Below are positions 38,453-47,856 of a DNA stretch of 64,000 nucleotides, piece after piece (the first letter of the stretch is position 1; every line of letters begins with the position of its first letter). The notes beneath the pieces were generated by a model, which was not told where the DNA came from, searched no databases, and was given only the letters and a program-made list of their open reading frames with translations. A program made the position numbers and the translations under genes. This stretch comes from a virus. The stretch spans positions 48,819-112,818 of the IMG/VR virus record IMGVR_UViG_3300048999_000056. One strand, given 5' to 3'.

Positions 38453-39081
38453 GCCTGCGCTGCCGCTGCCCGCCCTGCCTTGCCGAACCGGGTCATGCCA
38501 AGCCAGCCCTGCCGGTCCGAGTGCTGCCCTGGCTAGCGTAGACCTGCCACGCCGGCCATGCCCTGCCTTGCCTTCCCGGACGTGCCGAGCGTGGCCTGCC
38601 ATGCCGAGCGTTGACCTATCTTGCCGCCCTGGCCGTTCCGAGCCAAGCCTGCCGATCCGCGTCGATCCGCGCCAAACCTAGCCGCGCCTGCCACGTCTCG
38701 CCACGGCGGGCGGGTCGATGCCATCCCGCGCCATGCCCGCCATGTCAAGCCTTTACGTGCCCTGCCTAGCCGATACGAGCGGTGCCTGCGTTGCCGAACG
38801 TTTGCATGCCCCGTCTAGCCAATACAGGTCGCGCCTGCGTTGCCAAATCGCACCCCGTCTAGCCGACACAAGCCCCGCCTGCGATACCGAGCCATACGCA
38901 GACTGGCCTAGCCGTGCCCTGACGAGCCTGCCCCGATCAGACCTCGTCGGTCCATGCCTAGCCGAGCGCAGCCTGCGTTGACGATCCGCGTCTTGCCCGG
39001 TCAACCCGTGCCATGCCTAGACCACCACGCCTGCCAAGCGTTGCCGATACGAGCGCTTCCTTGCCGGGCCGAGCCGCGCCT
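38453..39081 (-). repeat. Array 2: 13 units with same GGC-NN/AGGC grammar as array 1 (orphan)
   Basis: Boundaries at 38453,38502,38551,38594,38647,38686,38735,38784,38833,38877,38926,38971,39029 plus terminal GCCT 39078; lengths 49,49,43,53,39,49,49,49,44,49,45,58,49. Confidence 0.9.
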
Positions 39082-39094
39082 GATTCCTATATAC

Positions 39095-39553
39095 CTATCG
39101 CCTTTTGTTCAACTGTTCCATGACACGGTTGAACTTCTGCTCGGCTGTCTCCGGCTTGCCGCGTTCGCGCAGAAACTTGATTACGTCCGGTGCAGATTCT
39201 TGCGGCACTCTGAAACGGAAATCGGCATATGTGGGATCGTGGCTGCAATCGTTGTCGCCAAGATAACCTGGCAGGGCGCGGAGGTCGGCATTCCAGGGAC
39301 CGCGCGGCGGGTCGGCGTCAGGTGCGAAGTACTCGGGATAGCTCCTCCTGCAACGTTCCTCGCTTTCATAGTAGTCGCGATTGCCGCCACCAGTTCTCGT
39401 ATGCACGACGATGACAGGCACCGTCTCTGTGTCATCACTCCAGGTGAAGTATGCGTCGCGGAACCGTGGAACGTTGTCGGTCGTGATACACAACATGGAC
39501 AATGCCAACGGTGCCACGGGTTCCGTGCCGAACAGATGGTGATAGAGACTCAT
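39095..39553 (-). CDS. Conserved phage hypothetical protein
   Basis: MSLY..LFG...RFRDA...VHTR.GGGNR..Y...D.TYA.F.F. Confidence 0.65.
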   Translation of the reverse strand: MSLYHHLFGTEPVAPLALSMLCITTDNVPRFRDAYFTWSDDTETVPVIVVHTRTGGGNRDYYESEERCRRSYPEYFAPDADPPRGPWNADLRALPGYLGDNDCSHDPTYADFRFRVPQESAPDVIKFLRERGKPETAEQKFNRVMEQLNKRR

Positions 39554-39876
39554 TGTGGTTCCTCCTTCGTTGGTCGAATATCGGGCCATGTCTTGCCGCC
39601 ACCTTTCCCCACGGCGGACGCGCCGCCAGTGATGGATACGGTGATCAACATTTGCGTCACGCCTTCAGGCACAACAAACCACCCGGCCGGCGTCCTGAAC
39701 TTCGATCCGGGAATCAGATCGGTCATTTGATAGGTCGTGTTATCATAGAGATGCGCTGGCATCTGGCGCTGCCCTCCGCATTCGTTGCATACGTCTCCAT
39801 AGCCTGTGCCATGGCCAGAGAACCCGCTGCCTCCGCACCGTGGACAATCAACCATCGACGCTGCGGTTGGTCCCAT
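39550..39876 (-). CDS. Zinc-finger (CxxCxGxG) protein
   Basis: CPRCGGSG...CNECGG. Confidence 0.55.
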   Translation of the reverse strand: MGPTAASMVDCPRCGGSGFSGHGTGYGDVCNECGGQRQMPAHLYDNTTYQMTDLIPGSKFRTPAGWFVVPEGVTQMLITVSITGGASAVGKGGGKTWPDIRPTKEEPQ

Positions 39877-39889
39877 TGGTAAATCCTCC

Positions 39890-42685
39890 TCAACATTTTG
39901 AGTAGTCGCAGGACAGACAACGGATACAGCCCTGTTCGTGCACGAGAGGCGTTGCGCCGCATCGCGGGCAGCAATCAGCCATGCCCGGTTGACCGCGTGT
40001 GATAGTCACCGGCACAACACGAGATTCCGCGATCGGTTCCGGTGTGGTCTGCGTCGTGTCGAGCAAACCGAGTGTGCGGAACTCTTCTTCGATGATACCA
40101 CCGATCGCTGCAACGACGCTGTTGCGGTAGCTGTGTTGCTCGGCAATGAATGCACCACCGGTCGGTGCGTGTACAGCCTGCAGCTCCTGCACCAGAAACC
40201 GCACGTCGCCACCACGACGCAGCACGGCGGTCAGCAACCGCGAGAGTGCCTGGACAAACTCGGCATGCTGCACGTCCTTCGTCGTGATGAACACTTCAAA
40301 AGGCGTGTTGTCAACACGGGTTATCGTAACGTAGTAGTTGTCGCCGGTCTGCGGCCACTTCAACTTGTAACGCCGACCGTCCACCACGCGCTTCGGCGGC
40401 ATGACCTCGACGTTTGACTTTGCTGGCTTCTCCATGATCTCGGCAAGGTTCTGCGCGATCTCGATCGTGATCAGATGGCCAAGTTTCTCCAGTCCATGCG
40501 TGGCAAGATCAACCCAGCGCTCCATGGCGATCTTGTCGAACTTCAAATGCTCAAGTGCACCCTGCGTCGTTATATGGTTATAGCAGGCATACAGCTCAAC
40601 CGCCATTGTGTTGACAGTATCTTCCGAGAATAGCGGCGCAGGCTTGACCTGTCCAAAGTCGAGCTGCGGTTTCGGATCGTCCACCGTGAATGCCTGCTCG
40701 CCGGCTTTCTCAGGTTCGCTCTCCGCCAACACCGAACCGCGCCCGGCGGCCGGATCGAACCGGTAGGTGGTGCAGCCCTTGCAGCCGAGTTCATATGCCA
40801 TGTCGTAGACGCATTTGAAGTCGTAATATGACATGGCAGTTGGACAGTTGATCGTCTTGGATATCGATGCGTCGATGTATTCCTGCCAAGCAGCATGAAT
40901 GCGGACGTGATCCTCAACGCTTATGTCCATGGCGCCGACGAAGTAATCAGGCAGCTCTACGCCAGGGTACATGTAGCGGTAGAGGTTCGCCGAATACGGT
41001 ATCGATGTATACTCATGCGCCGATCCGTCCGGCTGCCGCACCTTGCGTTGCGTCGGCTGGAAGGAGAACACCGGTTCGTGGCCGGATGCGAGGTTGCCGG
41101 TGTAGATCGAGATCGTGCCATTCGGTGCGATCGTGTTGAGCACGCCGTTGCGGATGCCGGTGCTGCGTATCTGCTCGACCAGCATCGCCGGCAGGTCACG
41201 GGTGACGTTGTAGCTGCGGCAGAACTCGGCTGAATCGAACAACGGGAATGGACCGCGCTGCTTGGCGAGTTCCGCCGATGCCCAGTATGACGACACCTTC
41301 AACGTTTTGGCCATCTGCCGTGCCAGCTTCACCGATTCATCCGAACCGTAGCGGATACCAAGCTGTATCAACGCGTCGGCGAAACCGGTCACGCCAAGCC
41401 CGATACGGCGCTTCTGCATGGACTCGTCGCTTTGTGATAGAAGCGGATAGTTGCTTTCGTCCAGCACATTATCGAGGAACCGCACGCCGATCCGCGTTAT
41501 CTTGTCCAGCAGGTCAAAGTCGAACCGCGCCAACGGTGTGAATGGTTTGTCAACCATGAACGCGAGATTGACCGAGCCGAGACAGCAGCAGCCCTCCGGC
41601 GGCAACGGCTGCTCTCCGCACGGATTGGTGCAGCGGATATCCTCGCAGTAATTGAGGTTGTTCCGGTCGTTGACGCGGTCAATGTAGATCACGCCGGGCT
41701 CGGCATATTTGTAGGTTGACTGCATAATGTCTTCCCAGATACGCCGTGCGCTCACACGCCGGTAGACATACCACGGATGTATCTCGCCTTGACGCCGGTA
41801 GGGGCGCCCGTTTGCAGCGCAAAAATCATCCTCCGAGATCGGCTTGAGATCGTTGTCGTATTCCTGTTCGTTGTAAGGGAATCGTCGCATTTGCACGTCA
41901 ACATGATTGCCATCTGCGCGCGGCTTATGAAAGCCGAGTTCCCACATTTCATCATTCGCGACGGCAGCCAGGAATGCGTCGGATACCAGCACGGACACGT
42001 TGAAGCCCATCAGCCGGCCTTTCTGGCGCTTCGCCGATATGAAACTCGGGTGTGTCAGGATCGGATCACCGGTAGCCGGGTGCGGCGCGACCTCGAATTG
42101 GCGTTCGTTCCACAGGTCCGGGTGATCGTCGCGCAACGTGCCCATCATGGCGCCGCGCCGCGTGCCAGCCGACATGATGGCGCTGCACATACCGTCCTGT
42201 TGATCCATGAACTGGATCACGCCAGATGCGACCGAACCAGTGCGCGCGACCAGAGCGCCGGCCGGTCTGATCGTGCTGAAGTCCGTGCCGATGCCGCCGC
42301 CTTGCTGCAATGTCAGAGCGCCCCGCGAGATCGCCCACTGGATACCGGGCATGCTGTCCTGCACGGTGCCCATCACGTAGCAGTTTATCAGCGTCACTGC
42401 ACGCCCGGTGCCTGCTCCGGCGTTCTCCCGTCCAGCCGGGATGAACAAGCCTTTCTGGACCGCTTCCAGGGCTGCCTCGCGGGCATCTGACGACGGGTCG
42501 GCGATATAGACCGCCTGCACCACGCGCTCACGTGTATCGGCAACCGTCTCTTCGTCGGATGAACCGTCGGGATGCTTCCAGCGGTACTTGTCATTCCAGA
42601 TGTCGCGCACCAGCGGATCAGTAGTCAACAAGTTCCGGCGAAATGTCTCCAGGTCGAATTCGGCGGTGGCGACGGTTTCGTTCAT
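39890..42685 (-). CDS. nrdJ: Class II (B12-dependent) ribonucleotide reductase
   Basis: PAGR, NCYV, GGGIG, RRGAMM, TNPCGEQPL, C.LGS.N, RIGLG, IAP.GTIS, SKT.N, KG.T.YR; C-terminal TSCPD-like domain and CPRC..CLSCDYSKC. Confidence 0.9.
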   Translation of the reverse strand: MNETVATAEFDLETFRRNLLTTDPLVRDIWNDKYRWKHPDGSSDEETVADTRERVVQAVYIADPSSDAREAALEAVQKGLFIPAGRENAGAGTGRAVTLINCYVMGTVQDSMPGIQWAISRGALTLQQGGGIGTDFSTIRPAGALVARTGSVASGVIQFMDQQDGMCSAIMSAGTRRGAMMGTLRDDHPDLWNERQFEVAPHPATGDPILTHPSFISAKRQKGRLMGFNVSVLVSDAFLAAVANDEMWELGFHKPRADGNHVDVQMRRFPYNEQEYDNDLKPISEDDFCAANGRPYRRQGEIHPWYVYRRVSARRIWEDIMQSTYKYAEPGVIYIDRVNDRNNLNYCEDIRCTNPCGEQPLPPEGCCCLGSVNLAFMVDKPFTPLARFDFDLLDKITRIGVRFLDNVLDESNYPLLSQSDESMQKRRIGLGVTGFADALIQLGIRYGSDESVKLARQMAKTLKVSSYWASAELAKQRGPFPLFDSAEFCRSYNVTRDLPAMLVEQIRSTGIRNGVLNTIAPNGTISIYTGNLASGHEPVFSFQPTQRKVRQPDGSAHEYTSIPYSANLYRYMYPGVELPDYFVGAMDISVEDHVRIHAAWQEYIDASISKTINCPTAMSYYDFKCVYDMAYELGCKGCTTYRFDPAAGRGSVLAESEPEKAGEQAFTVDDPKPQLDFGQVKPAPLFSEDTVNTMAVELYACYNHITTQGALEHLKFDKIAMERWVDLATHGLEKLGHLITIEIAQNLAEIMEKPAKSNVEVMPPKRVVDGRRYKLKWPQTGDNYYVTITRVDNTPFEVFITTKDVQHAEFVQALSRLLTAVLRRGGDVRFLVQELQAVHAPTGGAFIAEQHSYRNSVVAAIGGIIEEEFRTLGLLDTTQTTPEPIAESRVVPVTITRGQPGMADCCPRCGATPLVHEQGCIRCLSCDYSKC

Positions 42686-43043
42686 TGTACACCTTCGGTC
42701 GGTTGCGTGGTTGATGGACGAGGGGGCCGTAGCGCATGATCGTCGCATGCGCTGCTACGTGCGGATACTGGTAGCCGGTTTCGGCGCGGTGCTGCTGGGC
42801 GAAGTAATACAGCTCACGCGCTTCAGCTTGAAGTACGGCGTTAATGAGAGCGTTGATCGGCATGCGCTGCTCGTGCAGCGCGAACAGCGTCTCGACGGCC
42901 GAGAACTTGCCGGTCGTCTGCATCAGTATCCATCTGAGCTGCGGCGGCAACGCGTCATAGCAGGCGAAGTCCTGCCCGACTGTATGGTTCCGTTGAGCAT
43001 GCCTGCGGGCGAGTGACGAATTGCCGTCGTCTTCCTGTGTCAT
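42618..43043 (-). CDS. DUF6525-like hypothetical protein
   Basis: YDALPPQLRW.L motif. Confidence 0.45.
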   Translation of the reverse strand: MTQEDDGNSSLARRHAQRNHTVGQDFACYDALPPQLRWILMQTTGKFSAVETLFALHEQRMPINALINAVLQAEARELYYFAQQHRAETGYQYPHVAAHATIMRYGPLVHQPRNRPKVYNERNRRHRRIRPGDISPELVDY

Positions 43044-43459
43044 CGGCGCTCCTCGGGCAGTTCGGGTGCCGGTTCAAACAACTTGCCGTCCGGTCCGCAC
43101 GGGTGCCCTTCCGCGCGCATGATATGGCACAGTTCGGGCGATGACTTGCCGTCTACCGGAGAGAGCGTAACCGGATGTCGGCATGTAAGATTGTAGCGCT
43201 GCGTGTGGCGGTTCTCGATATGCTGACAGTCGATGCAGAGATTTGGCATGTGTTGATCCTCTCGAACTATGATGCCGAAGACAGCGACGATCTTTCGCAC
43301 TGCCTCGAACTCCAACCGCTTGATCTGAATCGAACTTGCCGGCAAGTTCTGATTACCGGCCTGATCGATCGCGGCGCAGGCGAAGGAGAAGATACGCCGT
43401 GCTTTATTCAACGGCGAACTACCCTCTTGCACCAGCCGCATGACTTCTTCATCGGTCAT
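43040..43459 (-). CDS. Hypothetical protein with C-terminal Cys cluster
   Basis: CIDC.H...C.HP...C..MR....CGP.GKLFE. Confidence 0.55.
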   Translation of the reverse strand: MTDEEVMRLVQEGSSPLNKARRIFSFACAAIDQAGNQNLPASSIQIKRLEFEAVRKIVAVFGIIVREDQHMPNLCIDCQHIENRHTQRYNLTCRHPVTLSPVDGKSSPELCHIMRAEGHPCGPDGKLFEPAPELPEERR

Positions 43460-44157
43460 TTGTCATCCTTTCATATTCAACAACACGGCGATAACCCAAG
43501 GCGAAGTAGATTTTCGGCGTCGGGCGGATTCGATAGCGCAGGATATCCCAGATCAACGAGGCGCCGATTTCGTGCTCAAGCGCCCATTGCCGCACGGACA
43601 CTTTGCGGCACTCACTACGCAACAGCTCGACCAGCTCGGTTTCGTTGAGACGGTGCTTTGTCTTCATAGCCGAGAGGTCAGGCGCGGTGTCGCGATAGCG
43701 TTTCCACAAACAGCGCGCATCGTTCCGTGCAGTCGCAACGTTACCGACCACGGATAACCTCTCCTGTTCTTCCGCACACCGTCTCGCCTTTGATCGTGTG
43801 CAGCGGCCCCGGACAGTCTTCAGCTTGGCATTGCGTAAGTCTGGGGGGCGCGCCCATGCGATCGTCGTCAAATTCGAGAACGTCACGCTCAACACGGCAG
43901 ATTTTATGGTTCATGTGGGTTTTCCCCCGAAGTAGCAAAGATGGTTATCGTTGAAGCCATAGTCCATCAAACCTACAGGCAACATGAACGGCCAGATGAA
44001 TATCAACAAATACGGTGTTAGCATATCCTTGAGCAGCACGGTCCTAGGATAAGCTGCCGCCTGACACCATCGTTGATCCTTGATATCCACTCCTGCTGCT
44101 ATGATGCCAACAGTCAGATACAACGCCGCCGCGATGGCGCAAGTCCGGCGATTCATC

Positions 44158-44730
44158 TCAACGCCTGTTCGGATCGATTTGCAGGGACGCCGCAGAACCG
44201 GCGCGCGGTGTCAGCTTGCCGTTGATCTCCTCCATCGGTCGCAGGAATACAGACACCTTGCGTTCTTCGTAAACCGGCGTGATCTTGCCTTTCTCGTCAA
44301 CACACGGAACCCATGTCCCTTCGGCGCTGGATGGACTAAATAGTCCGTTCGGCTCCTGTTGTTCGATCACCGCTGAAGCATAATCGCCTCCTGAGCGCCA
44401 GCGCCATTCGGCTGCAAGCGGATTTGTCAACTGCGTGCCGTACGGCAACGGGAAGCCGATCGAATCACACTGCCAGAGCACCTTACCGGTGTACTCGCTC
44501 TGCACGACCGAGAACGTGTTGGTAGCTTTCTGCCGGGCGATGTAGATTTGGATCAGCATATGCCGCTCCAGCGACCAGTCGAAGCTGGGCACTGGTTGAT
44601 TGCGTAGGAACTGCTGCATCTGGGTGTCTTGTGCCGCGCGCTCGTTCTCAGCCGCGCTCTTGCTGTCGTCACAACCTCCTTGTGCACCGGTCAGCAAGAC
44701 GATCAGCGCCAATCCTGTCAGGGCTCGCAT
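44158..44730 (-). CDS. Putative lipoprotein
   Basis: Hydrophobic N-terminus ending GGC; SIG.P.PYGTQLTNP...EPNGLF motif. Confidence 0.6.
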   Translation of the reverse strand: MRALTGLALIVLLTGAQGGCDDSKSAAENERAAQDTQMQQFLRNQPVPSFDWSLERHMLIQIYIARQKATNTFSVVQSEYTGKVLWQCDSIGFPLPYGTQLTNPLAAEWRWRSGGDYASAVIEQQEPNGLFSPSSAEGTWVPCVDEKGKITPVYEERKVSVFLRPMEEINGKLTPRAGSAASLQIDPNRR

Positions 44731-44915
44731 GTCAACCTCCCGTTTTTATGGTGTTTCGACCCATGCATCATGCCAATATGATTCCAGTCTCGTGCCTCGC
44801 CACGGGTTTGAGCTGACCGGCCAGCCGCTGCGCTTTGCGTCCTGCGCGTGAGCGCGAACGTGGTTCACAACGTCTTGTCGCAACTCGCCCTTATCATCGA
44901 GGGCTGTATCCATTA

Positions 44916-45254
44916 TCAGTGGCTCCCCAGGAACGCGCGGATGTCGGGTTGCGTATCGTTGGGGATCAGATCGGCGATCTGATGCATCTGTCGGACGATG
45001 GCAGCGCGTTGACCGTCGCTCTGCGCATCTTCGTAATCCGAGCGCATCTGGCGCAGTGCGCTTTGCTGCGTCGTGATGTAGCTGTTGGAGTTGCGTATCA
45101 TGCCGGTCTGCATCTTGACCTGCCAGGGGAACCACGCCAGATCGAATGCGCGGCTGACAACGGTAGCAGCGCCGGTCAACAACATCAGACTGATGATCAA
45201 TCCGAAAAACCAAACTAGCAGGATACGCATAGCTGAACGTTCTTCCTTGTCCAT
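44916..45254 (-). CDS. Membrane-anchored protein
   Basis: N-terminal TM helix then helical domain. Confidence 0.55.
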   Translation of the reverse strand: MDKEERSAMRILLVWFFGLIISLMLLTGAATVVSRAFDLAWFPWQVKMQTGMIRNSNSYITTQQSALRQMRSDYEDAQSDGQRAAIVRQMHQIADLIPNDTQPDIRAFLGSH

Positions 45255-45438
45255 TCTTGTCACTCCTTTACGTTGAGAACTTTCACGGCGGCGTAGGCGA
45301 TTACTCCAAGCGTCCCGAGGCACAACCCGCATACGGCATAGACGAGGTTGTGCTCGACGGTCACTGCAAGGTAGGTCAACGAGCCAAACATCATCAACAT
45401 AACAACGATGATGATGACGGCGCACATGGTTTCGAAGT

Positions 45439-46620
45439 TCATGGCAATGACCTCCGTCGGCGGTGCAGCATGATCTCCGCGGAGGGCTTGTCGCATTTCT
45501 CGGTGATCCGCTTGTACGCCATCTGCACATACTTCGGCGATAGGTCGATCAATGTAGAGTTCCGCGATAGTTGGCTGGCAGCGAGGCCCGTGGTGCCCGA
45601 GCCGGCGAACGGGTCCAGCACACGGCATGGTACGCATTCGGCATCTCGGCAGCTGCAGGAGGGCTGCCAGCCGACCTGTTTCGACACGTTCTTGTGCACA
45701 CGTGCGACATCGAGGTCAGGGCGGTCTGGAATGCGCGTATGCCCTTCCCCGAGTGCGTGTCCTGATTGCTTCTTGCCGAGCATGACCATGTCGCGCGTGT
45801 AGGGCGCACCGCATCGCTCGCAACAACCTTTCTCCGATGTTCCGGCCTTGATGCAGCGGATCGGCAGGTCGATCGGGAACGTGGCAAAATGTGCTTCGGG
45901 ATACGGTTCGGCGTTGAGCGGCCAGACATCGCGTAAGTTGTGATTGCCGGTTTCCTCGTGCGAGACGGCAGCTTTATCGTAGAAGTAATGCGGTTTCTTG
46001 CTGAGCATGAAAATCTGCTCGTGTGCATTGCCCGGTCGATCGTTCGCGCTCTCCGGCATCGGGTTGGCTTTCGTCCAGATCACTTCGCTGCGCAGATACC
46101 AGCCATCGTCACGCAACGCGAATGCGACCATCCATGGAATGCCAACGAGGTCCTTCGGCTTGCCGGGGATCACACGGCGCGGGTGCGCCTTGTCGTTGAG
46201 CATTTCACGCGAAAACCGAAATTTGCCGGCGCGCGTGATTCCCATGTTGACCAATTCTCCGCGCAACTGAGTTGACGGATACGCGCCCGAGTAACCGGTC
46301 TGGCCTGCATAGCAGTCGCCAAGGTTCAACCAGACCACGCCGCTGTCATGCAGCACGCGGCGGACCTCACGGAATAGCTCGACAAGAGAGGCAACATATT
46401 CCTCTGGTGAGCCTTCCAGACCGATTTGTCGCTCGACGCCGTAATCACGTAATCCGTAATACGGTGGCGAAGTCACAACGCAATGGTGGCTGGCAGTCGG
46501 CAGCGCTCTGAGGATGTCGAGCGCGTTGCCCTGGTATATCGTCGCCTTGCCCATCAGCAGATGGAAACCGTCGCTGTGCAACAACGGCTGTTCTTCGATA
46601 TCTTCTTGGTAGAATCCCAT
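45439..46620 (-). CDS. DNA methyltransferase, N4-C/N6-A beta class
   Basis: VTSPPYY catalytic motif before VLDPFAGSGTT SAM motif; HFATFP. Confidence 0.92.
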   Translation of the reverse strand: MGFYQEDIEEQPLLHSDGFHLLMGKATIYQGNALDILRALPTASHHCVVTSPPYYGLRDYGVERQIGLEGSPEEYVASLVELFREVRRVLHDSGVVWLNLGDCYAGQTGYSGAYPSTQLRGELVNMGITRAGKFRFSREMLNDKAHPRRVIPGKPKDLVGIPWMVAFALRDDGWYLRSEVIWTKANPMPESANDRPGNAHEQIFMLSKKPHYFYDKAAVSHEETGNHNLRDVWPLNAEPYPEAHFATFPIDLPIRCIKAGTSEKGCCERCGAPYTRDMVMLGKKQSGHALGEGHTRIPDRPDLDVARVHKNVSKQVGWQPSCSCRDAECVPCRVLDPFAGSGTTGLAASQLSRNSTLIDLSPKYVQMAYKRITEKCDKPSAEIMLHRRRRSLP

Positions 46621-46633
46621 TCGCGCTTCCTCT

Positions 46634-47356
46634 CTAAGAACCGGGCAATGCCATGCGCCGTCGCTTCGTCGGTTGCCCCCCGCCGTTCGACTGAGGGGGC
46701 GCCGCGTGTGGATACTGCTTGCCGTCCGAGACATAATGCAGGTTCTCCCGCGCGAGCGCTTCTATGATTTCAGCGGCCTCCGACAGCATGATCGACCAGA
46801 ACTGATTCTTGTGCAGGTCGGCTTGTGCTCGATAGTAGCGCACCATGTCGAACGGATTGCGTGGTGACATTTCGCGGTTCTCCGAGAACATGATCTCATA
46901 CATGACGATTTCGCGCTTGGCGTTGCGCCCGATGATACTGTCACCGATCCACTGCGCTGCAGCGCGGGCGGCGCCGAAGTCGGTAAACGGACCGTGCTGC
47001 AGCTTGCCATTGCGGCGGACTGTCCAGTTGATCACGAGGTTATCTCCGTTCTCCAGATCGTCTTGCATGCTCCAGCGTAGATTGATCGGCCAGTTGTTCC
47101 ATGGCAGACCGTCGAGATGTAGCGGACGCTTGCCGTCGATCGCTTCCATAGGATCGTCGTTGAAGGTCGCGCATATCAACGTGTCCAGATAGTATTCCGC
47201 CTTGCGCTTGCCGCTGGTCAGAATGACGGTGCCGAAGCCCTCGCGGTCCCACCATGGATTGATCAACTTCTTGCTGCGCTTACGGCGGATATGCCCTAGC
47301 GTTGAAACCTCGTAAGGCCAACCGGCGACCGGGCGCCATATCTCCCGCGCTGTCAT
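46634..47356 (-). CDS. NUMOD4-HNH-like protein with C-terminal extension
   Basis: EIWRPV.G..YEVS..G.IR; H.DG..WNN...NLRW. Confidence 0.7.
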   Translation of the reverse strand: MTAREIWRPVAGWPYEVSTLGHIRRKRSKKLINPWWDREGFGTVILTSGKRKAEYYLDTLICATFNDDPMEAIDGKRPLHLDGLPWNNWPINLRWSMQDDLENGDNLVINWTVRRNGKLQHGPFTDFGAARAAAQWIGDSIIGRNAKREIVMYEIMFSENREMSPRNPFDMVRYYRAQADLHKNQFWSIMLSEAAEIIEALARENLHYVSDGKQYPHAAPPQSNGGGQPTKRRRMALPGS

Positions 47357-47799
47357 GCATGCCCTGTCTCCGGATGGACGTGCACCTGCGTTGCAGTGCT
47401 GCCGAATATGTTGGCCATGATCTCGGTCAGCCGCGCGCCCCAGTTGCCCTTGTGCGTCGTGACGCATGTATTGCAGACGTAGGCCGCCAGCATGTTGTCA
47501 TCGCTCAGCGCGTTCTCCATCGTCTCGACGGCACCGAACAGGATCACGCCGCCGAATGTCTTGCGCGTCACTTCTGCATGGCACAGTTCGCAAGCATGCG
47601 GCGACTTACCGGCAGCCATCTGGCTGTAGGCCCACTCACAGGCAATGAACATGCGGCGGTCCTGCAGATTATTCAACAGGTGCCCCGACAGGCCCATCCT
47701 GACGATCTCGCGTTTGTCGAACAGACTGACAGACATCAGTTTGTCTTGCAGCTTGTCGAGTTCCACGGCTATGCGTTCCGAATGGCTCATTGACTTCAA
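47353..47799 (-). CDS. Hypothetical protein (CxxC..CxxC)
   Basis: ORF in operon. Confidence 0.5.
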   Translation of the reverse strand: MKSMSHSERIAVELDKLQDKLMSVSLFDKREIVRMGLSGHLLNNLQDRRMFIACEWAYSQMAAGKSPHACELCHAEVTRKTFGGVILFGAVETMENALSDDNMLAAYVCNTCVTTHKGNWGARLTEIMANIFGSTATQVHVHPETGHA

Positions 47800-47856
47800 C
47801 TCCTCGAAAACAGATTGCTGGCGCGGATCATCGCCCTACCTGATTATACCAGAGCG

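Noticed and set aside
38398-39090. ORFs over array 2 and the 33-codon N-terminal extension of the polymerase ORF
   Set aside because: Same artefact; the polymerase has a GGAGG RBS at ATG 38397.
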